A stretch of DNA of 62,272 nucleotides from a virus. Its lineage: Duplodnaviria; Caudoviricetes. A program made the translations under genes and the position numbers. A model generated the notes under the pieces. It was not told the DNA's origin. It saw only the letters and a program-made list of their open reading frames with translations, and made no database searches. The DNA lies in IMG/VR virus record IMGVR_UViG_3300049489_000902, positions 1 to 62,272 of that record. One strand, given 5' to 3'. Numbering within the stretch: position 1 is the stretch's first letter; every line of letters starts with the position of its first letter. Below, piece by piece: positions 41,049 through 46,573 of this stretch.

Positions 41049-41642
41049 CTAATTATTTACTGCATAATTAGCTAGAATTTGACTTGAAGCGGCAGGAATA
41101 AAAGAAACAAATGTAACCATATCAAATCCAAAACCTGAACTAGCTACAACATAATCAATAGATTCGATTAGTCTTCTACCATTATGAAACACTTCAATTT
41201 TAAATTCATTACCATCTAATGTTTGATTTAAGAATTTATCAGGAGTATGAAATGTTCTATTTACTCCATCTTTAGGTCCAGTTAATACAATTCCTTGTTT
41301 TAAAGAATAATTAAGATTGCCTGAGCCACCTGCACTTAACCCAGTTACAATTCCAGCCGATTGTAAGAAAGCTTTTTGATCAGCATTAAATTGAATTAAA
41401 TCAATATCGCTACACATAACTACTATTTCATTACATAATATTTTATGTTTTAAAGTCCCTTTTAATAAGGAAGCTTTAATATCAGATTCCGCTACACCTG
41501 GAATTGCTAATAAATCTCTAGAGCAATGCCAACCAATAGGATAATTAAATATAGAAATAATTTTTTTCTCTATAGCCTTATTATAAACTATAAAGCAGCC
41601 AAATAATTTTTGACCATAAGCAAAGTCATTAAATCCAGACAT
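41049..41642 (-). CDS. Hypothetical virion protein
   Basis: GPKDGVNRTF...VFHNGRRL...DY motif. Confidence 0.6.
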   Translation of the reverse strand: MSGFNDFAYGQKLFGCFIVYNKAIEKKIISIFNYPIGWHCSRDLLAIPGVAESDIKASLLKGTLKHKILCNEIVVMCSDIDLIQFNADQKAFLQSAGIVTGLSAGGSGNLNYSLKQGIVLTGPKDGVNRTFHTPDKFLNQTLDGNEFKIEVFHNGRRLIESIDYVVASSGFGFDMVTFVSFIPAASSQILANYAVNN

Positions 41643-41680
41643 ATAGAATATATAACTTAATCACCTAGACAAGCATTTAT

Positions 41681-42370
41681 TTAATCATTTTTCTTAAAAC
41701 TATCACGAATTGTAATTGTTACAGATCTCTCAACTTCAGGATTTTCCGCTGTAGCTTTTACATCGCCAAATAATGTATGAATTAATTGATCATAGCTTTT
41801 TTCAGTTATATCTTTTTTAGATATAACTTTAGGTTTTAATCCAGGATTTTTCAAATCTTCATCTTTATCTAATAATATTTTTTCTATTTCTTTTATAGAT
41901 AAATCTTCTAATTTTTCTACAGTAAGACGATATCTTACAAATAATAATTCTTCTATATAATTTAAAGAACCAACTCCAGCTTGAGTTTCTGAAAAATCTC
42001 CATCATCAATACCAGATCTTAATCCTTTTTCCAATGAATTAACTAAGATTCTTAAATAAGAATTTTGAAACTCTTCTGAAGTATCATATTGTTCTTTTAA
42101 ATTAGAAGCTGCTTCTAATAGTTTTTTAAAAGCTTTTATCTTACCATTCATGCCTTCGGAAACAAATGGTTCCGATCTTGAATATGATTGTAAATTTCTT
42201 CTTGGATTAAAAAATGTTTCTTGATCTATTCTTCTGGTATCGAATGCTTGCTTAACTATAGGTTTATTTATATAATTAGCTCTTACTTTAATAGATGAAT
42301 TTCTGTCATCCAAAGTATTTTTAGATGAAGAAATTAACTCAAAGATATCAAGAGCGTCATTTATATTCAA
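41681..42370 (-). CDS. Hypothetical protein
   Basis: Intact 229-aa ORF coupled to neighbour. Confidence 0.6.
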   Translation of the reverse strand: MNINDALDIFELISSSKNTLDDRNSSIKVRANYINKPIVKQAFDTRRIDQETFFNPRRNLQSYSRSEPFVSEGMNGKIKAFKKLLEAASNLKEQYDTSEEFQNSYLRILVNSLEKGLRSGIDDGDFSETQAGVGSLNYIEELLFVRYRLTVEKLEDLSIKEIEKILLDKDEDLKNPGLKPKVISKKDITEKSYDQLIHTLFGDVKATAENPEVERSVTITIRDSFKKND

Positions 42371-42672
42371 TCAATACTCCACATTTCGACTCTAACAGCT
42401 TGTCCAGAAGCGTCCGCAGTCCTGAACCATATTGCCCCAACAACGCGATTAGAAAAGGAAACCATGGCATAAGGAGTATTATATTTTAATGTACCATGGA
42501 CTGTAGTTCCATCGAATGAATATTCAAATGTTCCAGCTGTACCTGCATGAGCTAATGAAAAACTCATATTTGTAGTTCTAAAAGGAACAGAGACATCAGG
42601 AGTAGCTGCAAATGCAGCAACAGAGACTGTAGCTAATTTATAGTAATTATAATTTGAAGCTGTATTTGCCAT
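42367..42672 (-). CDS. Small beta-rich virion protein
   Basis: FEYSFDGTTVHG...IWFR. Confidence 0.6.
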   Translation of the reverse strand: MANTASNYNYYKLATVSVAAFAATPDVSVPFRTTNMSFSLAHAGTAGTFEYSFDGTTVHGTLKYNTPYAMVSFSNRVVGAIWFRTADASGQAVRVEMWSID

Positions 42673-42681
42673 GTCATTATG

Positions 42682-42855
42682 CTAAATAATTACTCTTTTA
42701 ACCATTATTTCTTGATCCCAAAATTCATGAAATGACCAACTATATATTGGATGCTCATATTTTCTACGACCAATTCTTTGATAAGGAAGAGATCTTCTAA
42801 CTGGCACTATAGGATCTCTTTTTACACAGATATCTATTGTTTTATCATAAGTCAT
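42682..42855 (-). CDS. Array unit 18: MCP fragment (res ~72-85) + tag with read-through tail
   Basis: MTYDKTIDICVKRDPIVPVRRSLPYQRIGRRKYEHPIYSWSFHEFWDQEIMVKRVII; PVRRSLPYQRIGRR vs MCP PIRKNLDYHGIARR (7/14). Confidence 0.65.
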   Translation of the reverse strand: MTYDKTIDICVKRDPIVPVRRSLPYQRIGRRKYEHPIYSWSFHEFWDQEIMVKRVII

Positions 42856-42974
42856 TCAAACTTCCAGTTGTATATCTCATATCTAGAATATTTCCTCCAT
42901 TGTTTGACAGCACTTAAGCGAATAGTAGGATTTGAAAATAATTCAAACATAGGAAAAACATCAGGTTTATTCAT
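42852..42974 (-). CDS. Array unit 17: MCP fragment (res ~130-146) + tag
   Basis: MNKPDVFPMFELFSNPTIRLSAVKQWRKYSRYEIYNWKFE; vs MCP PTFEIYANPKVRIAEVK (8/17). Confidence 0.75.
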   Translation of the reverse strand: MNKPDVFPMFELFSNPTIRLSAVKQWRKYSRYEIYNWKFE

Positions 42975-43107
42975 AAAATGTCCAGTCATATATTTTATGA
43001 TATCCATCAATTATAGAAAATCTTCTAGTTCTTACATCAGAAATCCTAATACTAGGACATGAAGAAATTTCAAATATAGGAACTGTTACTCTGGTGCCTT
43101 TGATCAT
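42967..43107 (-). CDS. Array unit 16: MCP fragment (res ~124-154) + tag
   Basis: MIKGTRVTVPIFEISSCPSIRISDVRTRRFSIIDGYHKIYDWTFYE; vs MCP GDRVTIPTFEIYANPKVRIAEVKKRRFNVID (17/31). Confidence 0.85.
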   Translation of the reverse strand: MIKGTRVTVPIFEISSCPSIRISDVRTRRFSIIDGYHKIYDWTFYE

Positions 43108-43108
43108 T

Positions 43109-43252
43109 TTAAATTATACTTATGGTTAAATTGTCCCAAAATTCATGAAATTCAAAATCATATATTTGATACTTTCTATATGAAACGAATCCTTTCATAG
43201 CGTATCTTGTGAATAATTGCATAGTCTGAGGGCTAAATGTTATATCATCCAT
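43109..43252 (-). CDS. Array unit 15: unassigned insert (possibly gp23-type capsid motif) + tag with read-through tail
   Basis: MDDITFSPQTMQLFTRYAMKGFVSYRKYQIYDFEFHEFWDNLTISII. Confidence 0.65.
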   Translation of the reverse strand: MDDITFSPQTMQLFTRYAMKGFVSYRKYQIYDFEFHEFWDNLTISII

Positions 43253-43346
43253 AAAACTTCCAGTCATATATTTTATAAAATATGTAGCTGTAAATAACAT
43301 TAGGGCTCCAATCATAATATATTATACCGCTTTCTCCTCTAATCAT
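43245..43346 (-). CDS. Array unit 14: insert (possible tail-tube motif) + tag
   Basis: MIRGESGIIYYDWSPNVIYSYIFYKIYDWKFYG. Confidence 0.6.
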   Translation of the reverse strand: MIRGESGIIYYDWSPNVIYSYIFYKIYDWKFYG

Positions 43347-43521
43347 GAAATTTCCAATCATATATTTCATATATAGGATTTGTATTAAATACACTCCTAG
43401 CAATTCCTCTATAATCTAAATTACGTCTAATAGGAGCTGCCATTGCCATAGCAAGCTTAGCTTTACCTTCTTTAGTATGTAAATTACTTAATAACTTGCT
43501 AATAATATCATCTTTATTCAT
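43339..43521 (-). CDS. Array unit 13: MCP fragment (res ~48-84) + tag
   Basis: MNKDDIISKLLSNLHTKEGKAKLAMAMAAPIRRNLDYRGIARSVFNTNPIYEIYDWKFHD; 19/27 identical to MCP TQDGKLALAQAMANPIRKNLDYHGIAR. Confidence 0.9.
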   Translation of the reverse strand: MNKDDIISKLLSNLHTKEGKAKLAMAMAAPIRRNLDYRGIARSVFNTNPIYEIYDWKFHD

Positions 43522-43624
43522 AAAATCTCCAATCAAATATTTTATAATTACAATCAATTATAGTCATTACAGGAAATATTACAAATTCTCTTATATCAGC
43601 ATTAATAATATAGTCTTTATTCAT
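43514..43624 (-). CDS. Array unit 12: insert + tag
   Basis: MNKDYIINADIREFVIFPVMTIIDCNYKIFDWRFYE; only a faint resemblance to MCP GEFLGVMPVV. Confidence 0.6.
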   Translation of the reverse strand: MNKDYIINADIREFVIFPVMTIIDCNYKIFDWRFYE

Positions 43625-43751
43625 AAAATCGCCAATCGAATAAATAATGATAATAATCAAGAGTGGTTCGTAAAGGGCTTGTCATTAATTTAGCAAGCCT
43701 CTTTCTGCCTTTTTTAGTTTTTAATAATTTGTTTACTTTACCTTTATTCAT
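43617..43751 (-). CDS. Array unit 11: MCP fragment (res ~52-79) + tag
   Basis: MNKGKVNKLLKTKKGRKRLAKLMTSPLRTTLDYYHYLFDWRFYE; vs MCP VNRALLTQDGKLALAQAMANPIRKNLDY (13/28 ungapped). Confidence 0.8.
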   Translation of the reverse strand: MNKGKVNKLLKTKKGRKRLAKLMTSPLRTTLDYYHYLFDWRFYE

Positions 43752-43854
43752 AGAAACACCAGTCATATAAAATATAGCCTATACTTATCGTATATTTAAT
43801 ATAATTTATAGGATAAGTAATTTCATTTATTGTTATTAATGCATTTGTTACCAT
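43744..43854 (-). CDS. Array unit 10: tail-sheath C-terminal fragment + tag
   Basis: MVTNALITINEITYPINYIKYTISIGYILYDWCFYE; TYPINYIKYTISIG vs sheath TYGINFIYIKINVG. Confidence 0.65.
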   Translation of the reverse strand: MVTNALITINEITYPINYIKYTISIGYILYDWCFYE

Positions 43855-43855
43855 A

Positions 43856-44035
43856 TTATTCGCTAAATTCCCAATCATAGATAGAATATCCAAACATATT
43901 ATTCATTATATTAATAATATACGCATCTTCAGCGTCCATTATTTCTTGCTTAGCTTTATTTAGTACTTCACTGTATATAGTGTAATCATGACTGTAATCT
44001 AATTCTGAAAAATTAGGATAAATTATCTTATTCAT
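43856..44035 (-). CDS. Array unit 9: MCP fragment (res ~155-175) + tag
   Basis: MNKIIYPNFSELDYSHDYTIYSEVLNKAKQEIMDAEDAYIINIMNNMFGYSIYDWEFSE; KAKQEIMDAEDA vs MCP KARQEIMAQEDA (9/12). Confidence 0.8.
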   Translation of the reverse strand: MNKIIYPNFSELDYSHDYTIYSEVLNKAKQEIMDAEDAYIINIMNNMFGYSIYDWEFSE

Positions 44036-44129
44036 AAAACCTAAAATCGTACAAACTCATACAAGAATAACAAAAATCTATGAAGCTTTCAATATCAGAT
44101 TCTAATATCGTAAATATTGGTTCATTCAT
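44028..44129 (-). CDS. Array unit 8: unassigned insert + tag
   Basis: MNEPIFTILESDIESFIDFCYSCMSLYDFRFYE. Confidence 0.6.
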   Translation of the reverse strand: MNEPIFTILESDIESFIDFCYSCMSLYDFRFYE

Positions 44130-44271
44130 AAAACTTCCAGTCATATATTTGATTAGAACCTGCCCAAGATATTATATCCGTATAATCATTCACATTCATG
44201 AATATTCTAGGACATTGTAACGTATGGCTTTCTATTTCTTTTTGTATAGATCTAAGTTGTTTTTTATTCAT
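44122..44271 (-). CDS. Array unit 7: MCP fragment (res ~196-229) + tag
   Basis: MNKKQLRSIQKEIESHTLQCPRIFMNVNDYTDIISWAGSNQIYDWKFYE; ungapped vs MCP KRNLVDLKAQVDRWDLVTDKFFMNIVEFTDMLKW (9/34 plus conservative changes). Confidence 0.75.
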   Translation of the reverse strand: MNKKQLRSIQKEIESHTLQCPRIFMNVNDYTDIISWAGSNQIYDWKFYE

Positions 44272-44425
44272 GAAATTTCCAATCATATATTCCAGCAATT
44301 AGATAATTAAGCATAGCAAATACTGCATTATCTTCTTGTGCCATTATTTCTTGACGCTCTTTCCATTCTTTAATATCTAATATAGGATATGGTTTACGTT
44401 GAAAATTTTTCATATAATCATTCAT
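44264..44425 (-). CDS. Array unit 6: MCP fragment (res ~161-176) + tag
   Basis: MNDYMKNFQRKPYPILDIKEWKERQEIMAQEDNAVFAMLNYLIAGIYDWKFHE; RQEIMAQEDNAVFA vs MCP RQEIMAQEDANVFA (12/14). Confidence 0.88.
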   Translation of the reverse strand: MNDYMKNFQRKPYPILDIKEWKERQEIMAQEDNAVFAMLNYLIAGIYDWKFHE

Positions 44426-44540
44426 AGAAACTCCAGTCGTATATTTCATTAATGCCAAGCTCATCATTATAAAACATATGTACTAATTTATTAATTATTG
44501 GATCTTTGTTATGTATTAAATACAAATCTTCTTCATCCAT
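44418..44540 (-). CDS. Array unit 5: unassigned insert + tag
   Basis: MDEEDLYLIHNKDPIINKLVHMFYNDELGINEIYDWSFYE. Confidence 0.65.
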   Translation of the reverse strand: MDEEDLYLIHNKDPIINKLVHMFYNDELGINEIYDWSFYE

Positions 44541-44648
44541 AGAATTTCCAATCGTATACAGTAATATAGTTATAAAAAGCAAATTTAAAAATGATTGAGT
44601 AGAAATTAAATTATTTTGATACATTAAATAAATTTCTTCATCAGTCAT
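44533..44648 (-). pseudogene. Array unit 4: frameshifted cassette (tag in -1 frame; the 0 frame reads into unit 5)
   Basis: ATG-to-tag-stop span is 116 nt; 0 frame MTDEEIYLMYQNNLISTQSFL..., -1 frame ...KFAFYNYITVYDWKFYG*. Confidence 0.55.
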
Positions 44649-44772
44649 AAAATTTCCAATCATTAATATAATTAACTATGTCCACATAATAAAAATGTGT
44701 AAATAAAGTTTTAATCTTAGTATCAGCTGCGTATCTGTAATCATACATAGAATGTATATCAATATTATTCAT
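44641..44772 (-). CDS. Array unit 3: unassigned insert + tag
   Basis: MNNIDIHSMYDYRYAADTKIKTLFTHFYYVDIVNYINDWKFYD. Confidence 0.65.
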   Translation of the reverse strand: MNNIDIHSMYDYRYAADTKIKTLFTHFYYVDIVNYINDWKFYD

Positions 44773-44848
44773 AAAATCTCCAAATATAAATATTATTTGG
44801 TAATTCAAGATATTCTGGAAGATAAGTAGGTTGACAAAATTCAATCAT
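44765..44848 (-). CDS. Array unit 2: unassigned insert + tag
   Basis: MIEFCQPTYLPEYLELPNNIYIWRFYE. Confidence 0.6.
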   Translation of the reverse strand: MIEFCQPTYLPEYLELPNNIYIWRFYE

Positions 44849-45041
44849 TAAATTTCCAATCATATATTTCATGTATACTAAATTTACCAATACCTCTAGC
44901 ATTTACTATTCCTATGCCAATCGTCTCATAACATGTCCAACCAATTAGCTTATTCTTTGGTTCATCTGCATCAAGAACAGTTATTTCTTGTTTTACTGGA
45001 ATTTTACCAACAAATTCAATATCACCACTTTTATAAATCAT
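44841..45041 (-). CDS. Array unit 1: MCP C-terminal fragment (res ~282-323) + tag
   Basis: EFVGKIPVKQEITVLDADEPKNKLIGWTCYETIGIGIVNARG vs MCP EFLGVMPVVQDIEVLPADEPKLLSIGWVVSEIIGIGIVNPRG (27/42), then IYDWKFND. Confidence 0.9.
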   Translation of the reverse strand: MIYKSGDIEFVGKIPVKQEITVLDADEPKNKLIGWTCYETIGIGIVNARGIGKFSIHEIYDWKFND

Positions 45042-45095
45042 AGATCCTATATATCAATCACCTATAAATATCTCATTTTACCCTCAGCTTTGCCG

Positions 45096-45124
45096 TTGAC
45101 TATTCCATCCATGCTAAGTATCCT
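45096..45124 (+). promoter_or_regulatory. Sigma70-like promoter for the HNH pair
   Basis: TTGACT-17 nt-TATCCT, ~50 nt upstream of ATG 45176. Confidence 0.45.
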
Positions 45125-45175
45125 TACTGCATCAGCGCTCAAAATGTGCCCATTCTTATTAAGGAAAAATATATT

Positions 45176-45889
45176 ATGGCTTCTCTTGATCTTACAAACA
45201 AAATTTTTGGTAAACTTACTGCACTACACACTGTCCCGAATAAACCTGGCGACCGCCATATTAAATGGAAGTGCAAATGTGAATGCGGTAATTTTCACCA
45301 TGTTACAACTAATCAACTTACTTCAGGAAGATCAACTCACTGCGGTTGCGTTAAACCTGAATCAAAAAGAAAAATTGACATAACTAATAGAAAATTTGGC
45401 AAATTAACCGCCATTGAACCAACTTACCATAATGAAAAACTAAAGTGGAAATGTATTTGTGAATGTGGCAAAGAATGCATTGTTATTACAGATAAATTAA
45501 TGTCTGGTCACACTAAATCTTGTGGTTGTAATAAGATAACTGTACATTACGATAATCATTATAGAAGAAATGCTTCTAATGGAAGTGGAGTTCTAACTGA
45601 ACTTAAATCTTATTTTCAACAAAGATATTCTGATGGAAATCTAACCTTTGAACAATTTGAAGAATTATCAAAAAATAATTGCCATTATTGTGGTGCTGGT
45701 CCATCAAATACAATTAAATTAAAGTATAAAGATTATACGGCATTTATTAAATATAATGGTTTAGATAGAAAAGACAATAATAAAAAGCACGATTCAGACA
45801 ATGTAGTGACTTGTTGTAAGAACTGTAATTATTCAAAAAGAAATAGTTCATATGCAGAATTTTCGGAAAGGATTGGTAAAGGATTATGA
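45176..45889 (+). CDS. HNH homing-endonuclease-like protein with two N-terminal FGKLT..WKCxCECG DNA-binding repeats
   Basis: Start moved to ATG 45176 (AAGGA upstream); CHYCG...NGLDRKDN...NVVTCCKNCNYSK. Confidence 0.8.
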   Translation: MASLDLTNKIFGKLTALHTVPNKPGDRHIKWKCKCECGNFHHVTTNQLTSGRSTHCGCVKPESKRKIDITNRKFGKLTAIEPTYHNEKLKWKCICECGKECIVITDKLMSGHTKSCGCNKITVHYDNHYRRNASNGSGVLTELKSYFQQRYSDGNLTFEQFEELSKNNCHYCGAGPSNTIKLKYKDYTAFIKYNGLDRKDNNKKHDSDNVVTCCKNCNYSKRNSSYAEFSERIGKGL

Positions 45890-46497
45890 GTTTAGTAAAT
45901 AAAAAATTTGGAAGATTAACTGTTTTAAGAGAGGTTAGAAAAGGAAAAACTCTTAGAAAAATATACTGGGATTGCTTATGTGATTGCGGTAAAGAAACTA
46001 ATGTCTATGGCGTTTATTTAGTTAATGGAGATACTAAATCTTGTGGGTGTTTAAAAACTGAAAAGAAACCAGGTTTAAAGAAACCAAAGTCAAGAGAACA
46101 TTATCAAAGAGGTTCTGCTAAAAAAGCATATTCAACCTCATATACAAATGAAGGAGATACCATTTCATTTGAAGATTTTTATAGGTTAGCACAAATGGAT
46201 TGTTATTATTGTGGACAAAAACCAATTAACGCAATTAATGCGTATAATGATAAGAGATACCTTCCAGAAGCAAAAGAAAATGGAAAATTTATCTATAATG
46301 GACTAGATAGAGTTGATAATAGTCTGCCTCACACATTAGAAAATTGTGTTACTTGTTGTAAACATTGTAATTATGCAAAAAGAGATATGTCTCAGCAAAA
46401 ATTTTTAGAATATCGCCAACAAAGATTTAATCATTTCCAAAAAAGTAAAGAATTTTTTGAAGGAGAAATTAAATTAAAAGAAATTTTAAACCGTTAA
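45886..46497 (+). CDS. HNH homing-endonuclease-like protein (paralog of upstream gene)
   Basis: FGRLTV..WDCLCDCG..KSCGC; CYYCG...NGLDRVDN...NCVTCCKHCNYAK. Confidence 0.8.
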   Translation: MSLVNKKFGRLTVLREVRKGKTLRKIYWDCLCDCGKETNVYGVYLVNGDTKSCGCLKTEKKPGLKKPKSREHYQRGSAKKAYSTSYTNEGDTISFEDFYRLAQMDCYYCGQKPINAINAYNDKRYLPEAKENGKFIYNGLDRVDNSLPHTLENCVTCCKHCNYAKRDMSQQKFLEYRQQRFNHFQKSKEFFEGEIKLKEILNR

Positions 46498-46519
46498 AGA
46501 TTATAAATATAATAAAAAC

Positions 46520-46554
46520 AAAAACGCTCAGGATTTTAGCCCTGAGCGTTTTTT
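46520..46554. terminator. Bidirectional intrinsic terminator between convergent HNH and MCP genes
   Basis: AAAAACGCTCAGG-N8-CCTGAGCGTTTTT. Confidence 0.85.
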
Positions 46555-46573
46555 ATGTCTTTAATTCAGCGAA

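Larger units (their letters stand above)
42682..45041 (-). repeat. Array of 18 mini-ORF cassettes delimited by a degenerate ~27-nt repeat (minus-strand consensus ATATATGAYTGGARRTTYYATGAATAA)
   Basis: The repeat recurs every ~75-200 nt, encodes (I/L)YDWxF(Y/H)(E/D)-stop and usually contains the next ATG. Confidence 0.92.

Noticed and set aside
43514-43624. Unit 12 as a tenth MCP fragment
   Set aside because: Only EF...PV matches MCP 282-289 and it needs a gap; too weak to count
43109-44844. ORF-track starts such as MIGALM.., MIVIIK.., MMSLAL.., MIGNFM.., MNFVNL..
   Set aside because: These are upstream extensions through the previous cassette in another frame; the ATG inside the repeat, with its SD-like sequence, is the consistent start
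42682-45041. CRISPR array
   Set aside because: Repeats are degenerate and protein-coding, the intervening segments are long and uneven and kept in frame, similarity to MCP is at protein level, and no cas genes are in the window
42682-45041. Decayed duplicate (pseudogene) of the MCP gene
   Set aside because: Fragments are non-collinear, resample the same segments as different variants, include non-MCP inserts, and nearly all have their own start, tag and stop
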